Below are positions 19,860-28,290 of a DNA stretch of 48,151 nt, piece by piece. The first letter of the stretch is position 1. Each line of letters begins with the position of its first letter. Made by a program: the position numbers and the translations under genes. This stretch comes from a virus (Duplodnaviria > Caudoviricetes): the IMG/VR virus record IMGVR_UViG_3300025018_000020, positions 1 to 48,151 of that record; one strand, given 5' to 3'. Below the pieces are notes generated by a model. The model was given only the letters and a program-made list of their open reading frames with translations. It searched no databases and was not told the origin of the DNA.

Positions 19860-20633
19860 TTAATCCTTCCTATCTAGTTGTTCTAATACCCAAGAGTCAG
19901 GCCGAGTCACATATTCCTCTGGGAACATTGCGTATTTGATATTGCCAGTCCACTTAACATTGTCGTTGGCCTCAAACTTTGGAAGAGTTCTGTCTTTTTT
20001 ATAGTTCTCAAGAGCCTTCATATACTCGCTGATAGCGTGGTCTACATCTCTCTTCATCTCTCGAGTCTGGAAGATGTGTGTCTCACTTCTCAGGTCTTCT
20101 GCACTCACAATAGTAACTGCAAAGTGGTCAACGCCCATTGCTAGGGCATAGAGACAGGCTTGTATCTTGTAGTGCCAGTCAATGCCAGTTTTGGCAATTC
20201 TCTTCACCTTCATATTAGTAACAGACTTAATCTCATTAGGGATAATTCCCTTCTTGGCTTGCATTTTGTCGGTATCAATAACCGAGTCAACATAACCAAT
20301 ACACTCTCTGTATTCTGCAAATGGTTGTCCGTCTGTTACTTTTAGATTAAGCCCAGTAAGGGTTTGTTCGTCTTCTACCAAGACTCCAGCTCCTCGAAGT
20401 TGAGTAACATACCATTCCTCAACATCGACACCACGCTTAAACTTAGCGAGTGTGTAGGCATCAAACTCTTTTCTTGGTGCTCCCAAGTTCTTGAGTAATT
20501 GAAACCTAATTGGTTGGTAGAGCATCGAGGCCGACAGTTTACCACTAGACTCGTGCTTACTCTCTCGCTCGGCATTGAGTCTGATTAGCTCAGAGTCAAT
20601 GTACTTGTTAATTGTGGTGTCGATGATTGGCAT
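19860..20633 (-). CDS. Cas4-like PD-(D/E)xK exonuclease
   Basis: LSASML, GYVD, EIKS, Q..LYA. Confidence 0.75.
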   Translation of the reverse strand: MPIIDTTINKYIDSELIRLNAERESKHESSGKLSASMLYQPIRFQLLKNLGAPRKEFDAYTLAKFKRGVDVEEWYVTQLRGAGVLVEDEQTLTGLNLKVTDGQPFAEYRECIGYVDSVIDTDKMQAKKGIIPNEIKSVTNMKVKRIAKTGIDWHYKIQACLYALAMGVDHFAVTIVSAEDLRSETHIFQTREMKRDVDHAISEYMKALENYKKDRTLPKFEANDNVKWTGNIKYAMFPEEYVTRPDSWVLEQLDRKD

Positions 20634-20635
20634 AT

Positions 20636-20956
20636 TTATTCTCCGATTTTCTTTTCTAACATTTTTAATAACTTCTCCAACCCCTCGAGACTGTCTCCCA
20701 TAACCTCTTCCATATTGGCTTCGGTCTTAGTCTTGATACATCCTAGGACATAACAAGCAAATGAGTGTTCGCTTTTGTCGAGAGACTCTTCAAAGATGTC
20801 TTCAAATGCTTTTGACACATTGCCAGTATTGTCGGCATAGCTACTCAAAACGGCTTCGATAATCTCATCAGCTCTCTCTTGCTTAATTCCTAGCCTTTCG
20901 GGGATGTTGCCCTTCTTTGGCTCTTCATTTTTAGTTTTTTTATTGAATAGTCCCAT
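20636..20956 (-). CDS. Hypothetical protein
   Basis: ORF with AGGAG ribosome-binding site. Confidence 0.6.
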   Translation of the reverse strand: MGLFNKKTKNEEPKKGNIPERLGIKQERADEIIEAVLSSYADNTGNVSKAFEDIFEESLDKSEHSFACYVLGCIKTKTEANMEEVMGDSLEGLEKLLKMLEKKIGE

Positions 20957-20988
20957 GACTACTCCTTTCTTTTGCCTGTAGGCATAAT

Positions 20989-21342
20989 TTATATAAACCT
21001 AATTGGTTCGTTCTTTTCGATTGCTTTTTTGCAATACTCGATAAGTATCGGCATTGAGTATTCTGATTGTCCATCAGTTAAATGTGGCTGGTCTTTTTCG
21101 GCTTGAGCCAAGAGTTCAACACACTCTTCAACACTTAATTCTCCGTCACAATCCGAATGATTAAAGAAAAATTGCATTGGTTCATTAGTCCATTCTTTTT
21201 CTCCATCAAAACCGATCATCTCTTTTAGATCAAATCCGAGGTGTTTAGCCCAAATCTCTCTAAAATCATTGAATCCTGAGCAGCTACCAATTTTACTATT
21301 GCTTGAGGTTTCATAACCTTTAATATGTAAATCTAGTCCCAT
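20989..21342 (-). CDS. Hypothetical phage protein
   Basis: MGLD start and NHSDCDG motif. Confidence 0.65.
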   Translation of the reverse strand: MGLDLHIKGYETSSNSKIGSCSGFNDFREIWAKHLGFDLKEMIGFDGEKEWTNEPMQFFFNHSDCDGELSVEECVELLAQAEKDQPHLTDGQSEYSMPILIEYCKKAIEKNEPIRFI

Positions 21343-21358
21343 TTTATCCTTTCTCGGC

Positions 21359-21805
21359 TTACTCAGCCTTTTTAGTAATTTTTAATCCATCAGCGATTTG
21401 TCGCTCTAATTTTTTATTGTTTTCTTGTAGTGTTTTGATGCTTGCCCTGTTCTGTCTCAGTTCAGCTCTCAGTTTCTTGATGCCCTCGGCGTTATCAATA
21501 AATGAGTGCTGTTCCTTGTAAATGTCCTCTATATAGCCGACTATTTGGTTTTCCGAGAGTCTTTTCTTGAAAATTGATTGAGAGACTTCAATGTCGTTAC
21601 CTCTAACCAAAATATCAATTTTGTTTTTACCCTCGGTGACTTCAAAGTGCATATAGCGACCACTCCCACGAGTGCCAACATAACTTCGATAACTCATGTC
21701 TTTTGTGGTCATGTGGATAGTTTCTGACCAACTTTCAGGTAGCAAGAAGGTGTTTTGCTCCATGTTTTCAATTATTTTGATAACTTTTTGTTGTGTATTT
21801 TTCAT
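21359..21805 (-). CDS. Hypothetical protein with C-terminal coiled coil
   Basis: ORF with ribosome-binding site. Confidence 0.6.
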   Translation of the reverse strand: MKNTQQKVIKIIENMEQNTFLLPESWSETIHMTTKDMSYRSYVGTRGSGRYMHFEVTEGKNKIDILVRGNDIEVSQSIFKKRLSENQIVGYIEDIYKEQHSFIDNAEGIKKLRAELRQNRASIKTLQENNKKLERQIADGLKITKKAE

Positions 21806-21808
21806 ATT

Positions 21809-22045
21809 TTATCCTTTCATCTTTAATAATTTATCTTGTAATATCTCGATAGCGTTCTCTCTGTTATCCCAGTCATCGAGCAAATCTGGAATATCATCGT
21901 CTAATACTTCTGGGCTAAACTCTAAAATAATTTTATCGATTAGCTCGTTTAGTTTTGTGTCCACATCAGCCCAAGGGTCTGTCTTGATAAATCTTGGGTT
22001 CGGTTCTGTATAGCTCATAGAATTACTGCCTCCTTCCATTTCCAA
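21809..22045 (-). CDS. Hypothetical acidic protein
   Basis: ORF in early array; start may be 22018. Confidence 0.55.
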   Translation of the reverse strand: MEMEGGSNSMSYTEPNPRFIKTDPWADVDTKLNELIDKIILEFSPEVLDDDIPDLLDDWDNRENAIEILQDKLLKMKG

Positions 22046-22260
22046 ATTGATACTATTCCGTATTCTGTACAGGTATCGACCTTGTTGCGTTCCATCAGCT
22101 CCTCGGCTGTTAGTTCGTTGTCTGGACAGTCTGGGTAGCTACAACCTGCTGGACATTCCCAGTAAGGTTCATAGCTCCCGTGTTCGGTCACTCCGTCATA
22201 CTCATAATGAGGTACGAAGATCAATTCTTCTTCACAGTTTTGGCAAGTTTTGTTTTGCAT
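22015..22260 (-). CDS. Small Cys-rich (zinc-finger-like) protein
   Basis: CQNC...CPAGC..PDCP; ATG at 22260 follows AAGGA. Confidence 0.55.
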   Translation of the reverse strand: MQNKTCQNCEEELIFVPHYEYDGVTEHGSYEPYWECPAGCSYPDCPDNELTAEELMERNKVDTCTEYGIVSIWKWKEAVIL

Positions 22261-22315
22261 TTTTAATCCTTTCATCATTGTTTAATAATAACACACCCTT
22301 CGTCTATTTGTCAAA

Positions 22316-22621
22316 CTATAATTCATGTCCACACCCTGCTCCACAATTATCACACTCGAGGCAATAACAGTCCTCGCAGATCTCGTCCCCACTCTCTCCA
22401 TTGTCGCACTCGTGCTCTGGTGTCATCGGGCTGGGGTCGGCACAACATTGGCCACTCATACCACAGGGACAACCGTCATACTCTTTTGTGGCAATCTCGA
22501 GCAAACTAAACGCTTGACTCATTGCTTCCTTGAGGGTTTTGCCTTCTCCTTGTGTAATGGTTGCACGTTCTTCGAGGCGTACAATCCACCCATTTTCTGT
22601 CTGTGTTCTCTGTATTTTCAT
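22316..22621 (-). CDS. HicB-like N-terminus fused to a Cys-rich domain
   Basis: WIVR...TQGEGKTLKEAMSQA, then a Cys-dense acidic C-terminal half. Confidence 0.5.
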   Translation of the reverse strand: MKIQRTQTENGWIVRLEERATITQGEGKTLKEAMSQAFSLLEIATKEYDGCPCGMSGQCCADPSPMTPEHECDNGESGDEICEDCYCLECDNCGAGCGHEL

Positions 22622-22623
22622 AA

Positions 22624-22854
22624 TTATTCTCCCAGTTGTTTTAATAATACTTTTCTATCCTGTTTATAAACTGACTCTAATTTTTCCAACGCCTCATCAT
22701 AGTCTTCACCATAACCATTCTCGACCATATAATTTGCTACTATCATCTCGCTATGGTCATAGTCATCAGTATCTTCACCCACAAACCAGTCATAATCTAA
22801 GTTCTCATATTCCACCTCTGGTCTAAAACTGTATATGTATAGTGTTTTTTCCAT
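22624..22854 (-). CDS. Small acidic hypothetical protein
   Basis: D/E/Y-rich ORF with ribosome-binding site. Confidence 0.6.
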   Translation of the reverse strand: MEKTLYIYSFRPEVEYENLDYDWFVGEDTDDYDHSEMIVANYMVENGYGEDYDEALEKLESVYKQDRKVLLKQLGE

Positions 22855-22856
22855 AG

Positions 22857-23165
22857 TTATTTCTCCTCTATTTGTATTCTAATAGTATCGTCTGTGTCGG
22901 CGTGTGAACAGTTGACCATATTCTTGGGGTCTCCGTTTATATTGATTTGAAACGTGCATAGCGTGTTGCCGTTGCTATCTTCAATCTCGTAAATACTACC
23001 CAGTAATTGCTCTGGTTTGCCGTTCATCTCCTCTGCTGTGATTGTGTCTTCCCAATTATTTTGTATTTCAACTAAACACCTATATAATTCGCCCTCACTC
23101 GCTTCGTTGTTTTCATAATCGGTCAAAACTCTCGATAATTTGTTATATATATCTTTTTTTGTCAT
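22857..23165 (-). CDS. Hypothetical protein
   Basis: Packed early ORF. Confidence 0.6.
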   Translation of the reverse strand: MTKKDIYNKLSRVLTDYENNEASEGELYRCLVEIQNNWEDTITAEEMNGKPEQLLGSIYEIEDSNGNTLCTFQININGDPKNMVNCSHADTDDTIRIQIEEK

Positions 23166-23356
23166 TTTGTCCCTTCTGGCTTATAGCCTATTTCATTTTT
23201 TAATTCTTCGAGCTCTTCGCTTATATATTGCTTATTGATTAAACCGACAATGTTACCGTGCTCGTCTTTGCTCGACTCTGTGTTTTCTTCTATTGCTTTA
23301 ATCAATTCTTTACAAGAAAAAAGCACATCAACATAATGATCTCTTAAACTACTCAT
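23162..23356 (-). CDS. Hypothetical protein
   Basis: Packed early ORF. Confidence 0.55.
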   Translation of the reverse strand: MSSLRDHYVDVLFSCKELIKAIEENTESSKDEHGNIVGLINKQYISEELEELKNEIGYKPEGTK

Positions 23357-23652
23357 TTTGCCCCCTTTAATTTAGTCTCTAGCTCCTTGATTATTTCAGT
23401 CTCCCCCATTGTGTTGGGTCTAATGTCCTTGCGTGTTATTTGGCCATAATTAGAATATGTATACTCTTCTTTATAACCTGCGTTCTTGAGCTGTTTAGCT
23501 ACTCTTTGCTCTGTACCATACAGGCCAGAAAAGTAATAGCTGTCGAACTCTCCCCCATCATCAATGATGAGGGTGAAGTATTCAGCTATACAGCCGTATA
23601 CTCCAGCACGGTACCCAGTTTTTGTTATTGTGAAACTTTTGTTTTTTGTCAT
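23353..23652 (-). CDS. Hypothetical protein, first gene of the leftward arm
   Basis: AAGGA ribosome-binding site; follows the divergent promoter region. Confidence 0.6.
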   Translation of the reverse strand: MTKNKSFTITKTGYRAGVYGCIAEYFTLIIDDGGEFDSYYFSGLYGTEQRVAKQLKNAGYKEEYTYSNYGQITRKDIRPNTMGETEIIKELETKLKGAK

Positions 23653-23699
23653 TTTTACATCCTTTCATCAAGCGTATTTTTATTGGTTTATTTTGCTTG

Positions 23700-23832
23700 A
23701 CTATGTATTAGTATACACGATCCGATCGTTATTACAATAGGCAATTTCCCCGAGTGGCCGAGCAATTTGTGTAATGCTTACACGCTTTCAAGACTTTACA
23801 CAATCAAGTCATATAATGTAGTATGTATTTAT
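23700..23832. promoter_or_regulatory. Divergent early/late control region
   Basis: Minus: TTGTAA-N16-TATACT with inverted repeat ACGATC-C-GATCGT (23717-23729). Plus: GTGTAA-TGC-TTACAC (23769-23783) and TAGTAT (23819-23824) before terS. Confidence 0.6.
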
Positions 23833-24285
23833 ATGACTGATTCAAGCAAGGCGTTAAGCCTCACAACTCGAGAGAAAATAAGCCTATCTAAGACACAGTA
23901 CACAAAATCCGTCTTGATAGATGGGGGCGTGGCTTACATTGATAAAATCTTGAATAGTAAGCCCGAGGAGAAAATTATTCCCTCAATCGTGGGGTTATGC
24001 CTTGATATCGGTATAAGTCGCTCCCGATTGTATGAGTTAGCCGACAAGTGGGTCGAAGTATCGGACATATTAGAATATGTGAAGATGATGCAAGAGGATA
24101 AAGCCCTACAGGGTGGAATGACCAACAGGCTCAACCCGATATTCTCGATGTTCTTATTGAAGGGTAAACACGGCTACACAGATCAAGCCCCACAGCTGAA
24201 CCAGACTAATAACTTTAATATATCGCCCGACTTATTGGCCGACGCAATAGCCTTGATGAGAGAGAAGGACAAGGACAAGGCGTAA
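23833..24285 (+). CDS. terS: Terminase small subunit (P22 gp3-like)
   Basis: PSIVGLCLDIGISRSRLYE HTH...NPIFSMFLLKGKHGYTD; likely ATG at 23833. Confidence 0.75.
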   Translation: MTDSSKALSLTTREKISLSKTQYTKSVLIDGGVAYIDKILNSKPEEKIIPSIVGLCLDIGISRSRLYELADKWVEVSDILEYVKMMQEDKALQGGMTNRLNPIFSMFLLKGKHGYTDQAPQLNQTNNFNISPDLLADAIALMREKDKDKA

Positions 24286-24442
24286 ATCCGTAACAGATAG
24301 ATAAGTATATATAGTGTTTAGAGGTCGCCCGATAGGGCGTAAGTAGTAGACACAGCCCCCCAGACACTCAACCCAAAAGAGACAAGGCCAATACCCACAG
24401 GCCACAACCCCATAACAACAGTATAAGACTAGCCCCACTCGA

Positions 24443-24494
24443 GGGGGTGGGCGTGTGTGTCGTGCCCCATGGGGGGGGTGGGGGGGGGTGGGGG
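24443..24494 (+). other. G-tract cluster (G5TG3...G8TG9TG5), G-quadruplex-capable
   Basis: Read directly, in the non-coding region after terS. Confidence 0.7.
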
Positions 24495-24673
24495 TGCCCC
24501 TATAAAAACCTGATGGGACTCCCGATGGAACCAAGGGGGGACTAAAGACTTAGTCCTCTCCCCATGTAAATACCTACTTTACATAAGCACGCATAAATGC
24601 CATAATAAGCACGCATACATACATACTCGAGGAAACACGTTAACACTTACCATGTAGTTAACATGTACTTAAC

Positions 24674-24907
24674 ATGAACAAAGACATTAAAGACCACGCA
24701 TCTTTAGGTGGAAAAAAACGAGCCGAGAGCCTGACGGCTCAAGAGAGGTCTATCTCTGCTTCTATTGCTGCTAAGGCTCGATGGGATAAGTATCGACTAA
24801 AGAACAATCATGTCTGCACTAATATGTGTCGATGCAAATCGTGCGGTAGGTTGAAGTATAAACATATAACAAAGGAGTTATGCGAAAAGTTCTCGTGCGA
24901 CATTTAG
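24674..24907 (+). CDS. Small basic putative DNA-binding protein with Cys-rich tail
   Basis: GGKKRAESLTAQERSISASIAAKARW motif; C..C.C..C tail. Confidence 0.6.
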   Translation: MNKDIKDHASLGGKKRAESLTAQERSISASIAAKARWDKYRLKNNHVCTNMCRCKSCGRLKYKHITKELCEKFSCDI

Positions 24908-25022
24908 GGTGGAAGTTGTTTATCGGAACTTGCATTGCTATTTATTGGTATTCAACGATATTGTTCTGAAAAAAAATTATATATTTTATAAAAAAGACCC
25001 CCCACAGGGTAGATAGGAAACT

Positions 25023-25160
25023 ATGGTAGGAATTATCTTCATCTTCATGAGCCTCTATGAGCTCAATTATGCGTGGACAAATAACAGTGAAATTGCGGCA
25101 ATCCTTTTCGTGGCCTTCGGCCTCAATGCTTATATCGCCTTCAAATGCGACAAGATTTAA
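25023..25160 (+). CDS. 45-aa membrane peptide (not in ORF track)
   Basis: MVGIIFIFMSLYELNYAWTNNSEIAAILFVAFGLNAYIAFKCDKI; AGGA upstream. Confidence 0.5.
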   Translation: MVGIIFIFMSLYELNYAWTNNSEIAAILFVAFGLNAYIAFKCDKI

Positions 25161-25369
25161 TCTACATCCACCCCGATGATTTCGAGCGAGGATTTGCTAT
25201 GTTTAAGTATTATTTTGACATATGGATCGAGGGGTATCAGAAGTGGGGTGATGGTGATTTTGCTGTCACCTTCGTAAAAGACCCCACGGTTCCGCAGGGT
25301 CTTATGATGTATTGTAAAAACGGGGACAGAGTTTTCTCTACCCCCGTAGAAATTATTTCTATTTCTTAG
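25145..25369 (+). CDS. Hypothetical protein
   Basis: ORF only. Confidence 0.5.
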   Translation: MRQDLIYIHPDDFERGFAMFKYYFDIWIEGYQKWGDGDFAVTFVKDPTVPQGLMMYCKNGDRVFSTPVEIISIS

Positions 25370-25658
25370 ATTTTTTCTCTTTTTTAAGGTCAGCGATTAA
25401 CTCATCAAATGAGTCCATCAACATTTGATCTGATTCAATGTTTTCTTTACCTGCTAAAAGTGCTTTATCTGCACCTGCGATTTCTCTGTTCATTTGAGCT
25501 CTCTCTTCGGTGTCGACTTTCATGCTATCTCTGTCAGCGACCATAGCGGCTTTTCGCTTGGTGAAATAAATGATGTTACTCATGTTTTCAATCATGCGAC
25601 CCTGGTAATGGTTCTTACGCTCGATGGCTGAATCGAGTAGTGTGTTTTCAGTTATCAT
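25359..25658 (-). CDS. Coiled-coil hypothetical protein
   Basis: AGGAAGG ribosome-binding site and its own TTGACA-N17-TACACT promoter. Confidence 0.65.
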   Translation of the reverse strand: MITENTLLDSAIERKNHYQGRMIENMSNIIYFTKRKAAMVADRDSMKVDTEERAQMNREIAGADKALLAGKENIESDQMLMDSFDELIADLKKEKKSKK

Positions 25659-25687
25659 AGGTTCCTTCCTAATTTAGTAATATATCC

Positions 25688-25738
25688 AGTGTAATTAAAG
25701 TTCTAACTATTGTCAATGTTCAAACTATTGTGTACTAT
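25688..25738. promoter_or_regulatory. Overlapping divergent sigma70-type promoters
   Basis: Minus: TTGACA (25711-25716)-N17-TACACT (25688-25693). Plus: TTGTCA (25710-25715)-N17-TACTAT (25733-25738), 6 nt before ATG 25745. Confidence 0.7.
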
Positions 25739-25744
25739 TAAATT

Positions 25745-25951
25745 ATGAAATCATATACTGTTAAAGAGTTATATCGAGTAATCGGACAAGCCATCAAAAA
25801 CACCCCGTTTATTATTACTTGGCACGGTAAACCTAAGTATGTAGTTCTCCCTATGCCTAGTGCTAAAGAAGAGATTGTTTATTTTGTGGATAGTAAGAAG
25901 TTCAAAATTAGTCATAAGGAAGACTGGAGCAAAAATGTCGAAAAAAAATAG
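25745..25951 (+). CDS. Phd/YefM-like antitoxin-fold protein
   Basis: MKSYTVKELYR...PFIITWHGKPKYVVLP matches the Phd N-terminal pattern. Confidence 0.65.
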   Translation: MKSYTVKELYRVIGQAIKNTPFIITWHGKPKYVVLPMPSAKEEIVYFVDSKKFKISHKEDWSKNVEKK

Positions 25952-26111
25952 CCGAGAAGAAAAGTATAGACGAAAATTAGAAAAAGAAGAACGCAAGTCT
26001 TCTGGCACCGTAACCCCTACCAAGAGACAGATGTGGGTTAATGTAAAAGATAGATATGGCAGAACTGTCCAAAAACCAGTAATGATGCCAGTCTTGAAAG
26101 GTAGATCATGA
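25935..26111 (+). CDS. Small basic hypothetical protein
   Basis: GGAG then ATG 25935; stop overlaps the next start. Confidence 0.5.
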   Translation: MSKKNSREEKYRRKLEKEERKSSGTVTPTKRQMWVNVKDRYGRTVQKPVMMPVLKGRS

Positions 26112-27037
26112 ACATCGGATACATCGGAAACTTCCAAGCCCCCCACTCTACCGAGAACGATAGAGCCTGGGCATTTAACAAGTTGGGTCATCAAGTCTTT
26201 GCCTTCCAAGAGAATAAGACAGATATTGATATTCTCCACAAACATTCCAAAGAATCTAACATAGAATTATTCGTGTATTCTCATACACATGGTTGGGAAA
26301 TCCCTCACCTAGAGTCTTTCTTTAAGGCATCTAGTAAAAACGGAGTCCCAGTTATCTCAGTCCACCTTGATCGATGGGCTTGGCTAGAGAGAGAAAAGGA
26401 TGTCGGCAATGAAGCCACTTGGAAAGTAGACCACATGTTCATGGCTGACTGTTCTCCTGAGGCAGTTGAACTTTATGAGAAGCATAATCTTAATTTTACT
26501 TACCTCAAGCCTGGAGTTGATGAGCGTGGTTGTTACATGGCTCAACCAGACCCAGTCAGGTTCCCACACGAAATTATCTTTGTCGGATCTAGGGGTTATC
26601 ACCCAGAGTATCCATTCCGACCAGAACTTATCAACTTTCTCCATCAAACTTACGGAGAGAGGTTTGGCCACTATGGAGGCGATGGTCTAGGCACGGTGAG
26701 GGGACATGACCTTAATGTTCTGTATGCCACCGCTAAAATAGTGGTCGGCGATTCTTGTTTTGGTGATAGACCTCACTACTGGTCTGATAGGGTAACTGAA
26801 ACTATGGGCAGAGGAGGATTTTTAATCCATCCAGTAATCAGTGATTTGCCAAAAGAAATCCAGGCTGGTTACAAAACTAGAGACTTAAACAGTATTAAAC
26901 AAACTATCGACCGCTGGCTTTCTTATGAGAACGATAGAAAACAACTACAGACCAAAGCATTTAACTATGTAAAAAAGTATGAAAATTACACAGTAAGAGC
27001 ACAGGAGATTTTAGATGCCATCAATGATAAAGACTAA
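26108..27037 (+). CDS. Glycosyltransferase (GT-B, CgeB/YkvP-like)
   Basis: IIFVGS, LNVLYATAKIVVG, YWSDRVTETMGRGGFLI, YTVRAQEIL. Confidence 0.8.
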   Translation: MNIGYIGNFQAPHSTENDRAWAFNKLGHQVFAFQENKTDIDILHKHSKESNIELFVYSHTHGWEIPHLESFFKASSKNGVPVISVHLDRWAWLEREKDVGNEATWKVDHMFMADCSPEAVELYEKHNLNFTYLKPGVDERGCYMAQPDPVRFPHEIIFVGSRGYHPEYPFRPELINFLHQTYGERFGHYGGDGLGTVRGHDLNVLYATAKIVVGDSCFGDRPHYWSDRVTETMGRGGFLIHPVISDLPKEIQAGYKTRDLNSIKQTIDRWLSYENDRKQLQTKAFNYVKKYENYTVRAQEILDAINDKD

Positions 27038-27701
27038 AATTAACGGAGAGTTCTATCTTATTCTCCCAGAACACAGAGCAAATAGGCCAGAGTGGTCAAC
27101 TGAGGAAGGTTGGGAAAAAGCCAGAATTAAACACATGTCAGAAAATCTCGATAAAACCGACACATTGATTTATGTTGGTGCAGAAGAGGGCGACATCGCT
27201 GGGCTCTGTGCTAGTTGGGTAAAAGACATTATTCTTTTCGAGCCCAATCATAGAGTGTGGACAAACTTCAAGGCTATCTGGGAAGCAAACGAACTTCCAG
27301 AACCTATGTGGTTTGCTGGATTTGCAGCTAATGAAACAACTCCTGGTGCAGCACTTAGACTTGGATTTGGTGGAGTAGAGGGAGAAGTTATCTCAGACCA
27401 CGGATTCTCAGAACTTCATGTAGAGAAGAATATCCCTAAAATGAAAATTGATGACCTAGATGTTGCTCCAACAGCTATCACTTTGGATGTTGAGGGTTCA
27501 GAGTTTGAAGTTCTCAAGGGAGCTGAGGAAACTCTAAAGAAATATAAACCCAAGATTTGGCTATCGCTCCACCCAGAGTTTTTGTTTAACTACTACGGAG
27601 TCTACTCAGGAGACCTAAGGAACTGGATTAAAAAACTTGGTTATAAAGAAACATTATTAGATTATAAACACGAGGTACATTTATATTATGAAAAACATTA
27701 A
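27015..27701 (+). CDS. FkbM-family methyltransferase
   Basis: YVGAEEG, FEPN, LDVEGSEFEVLKGA, LSLHP. Confidence 0.85.
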   Translation: MPSMIKTKINGEFYLILPEHRANRPEWSTEEGWEKARIKHMSENLDKTDTLIYVGAEEGDIAGLCASWVKDIILFEPNHRVWTNFKAIWEANELPEPMWFAGFAANETTPGAALRLGFGGVEGEVISDHGFSELHVEKNIPKMKIDDLDVAPTAITLDVEGSEFEVLKGAEETLKKYKPKIWLSLHPEFLFNYYGVYSGDLRNWIKKLGYKETLLDYKHEVHLYYEKH

Positions 27702-28287
27702 CCCAAAAAGAGTAGAACTAGAAAAGAATTACTGGAACACTAACGCATCAGACCCAGATGTTGAATCTAAATATATCTGTGACATTGATGATGCTGCTAG
27801 AAAAGAGGCCATTGGCCACCTAGATGGTAGGGTCTTAGAAATTGGTTGTGGCACTGGAAGACTTCTTAACCCCCACTGGTTTGGCATCGACATCTCTCAA
27901 AAAATGTTAAATATCGCTAAGAATAAAAAACCTATTTGTAACTACTCTCTTTGTGATGGTAGAACAATCCCCTTTGAAGACGACTACTTTGACAATGTTT
28001 ATTGTGTGCTGGTTTTTCAACACATCCCGTTTGATGGTTTTGTACAATATGTGCAAGAAACTGCAAGAGTCTTAAAAACTGGTGGTCAATTCATCTTCCA
28101 AATCATTGAAGGAAAGGTAGAAGGAGACTTCTCACAACACTACAACCTTAAAGAAGTTGAAAAAACACTAAAAGATGCTGGGCTCACTGTGATTAGTGAG
28201 AAAAAGGGTATCGGCCACGATAGTTGGCTATGGATTAAGTCAGAAAAAGCCGAAAATAAGGCATCAGAAAAGGGCGACCTCGAGTAA
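27688..28287 (+). CDS. Class I SAM-dependent methyltransferase
   Basis: VLEIGCGTGR, GIDISQKML, FQHI, RVLKTGG. Confidence 0.9.
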   Translation: MKNINPKRVELEKNYWNTNASDPDVESKYICDIDDAARKEAIGHLDGRVLEIGCGTGRLLNPHWFGIDISQKMLNIAKNKKPICNYSLCDGRTIPFEDDYFDNVYCVLVFQHIPFDGFVQYVQETARVLKTGGQFIFQIIEGKVEGDFSQHYNLKEVEKTLKDAGLTVISEKKGIGHDSWLWIKSEKAENKASEKGDLE

Positions 28288-28290
28288 AAA

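Noticed and set aside
19860-20633. CRISPR-associated Cas4
   Set aside because: There is no array or other cas gene and no Fe-S cysteine set; a solo phage exonuclease is the simpler reading.
23797-23824. Late-motif copy before terS (TACACA...TAGTAT)
   Set aside because: The spacer is 16, and it can equally be read as sigma70-like TTTACA-N18-TAGTAT, so it was not counted among the six.
24232-24534. 100-aa minus-strand ORF over the G-rich region
   Set aside because: Low-complexity translation with no ribosome-binding site; the region looks non-coding.
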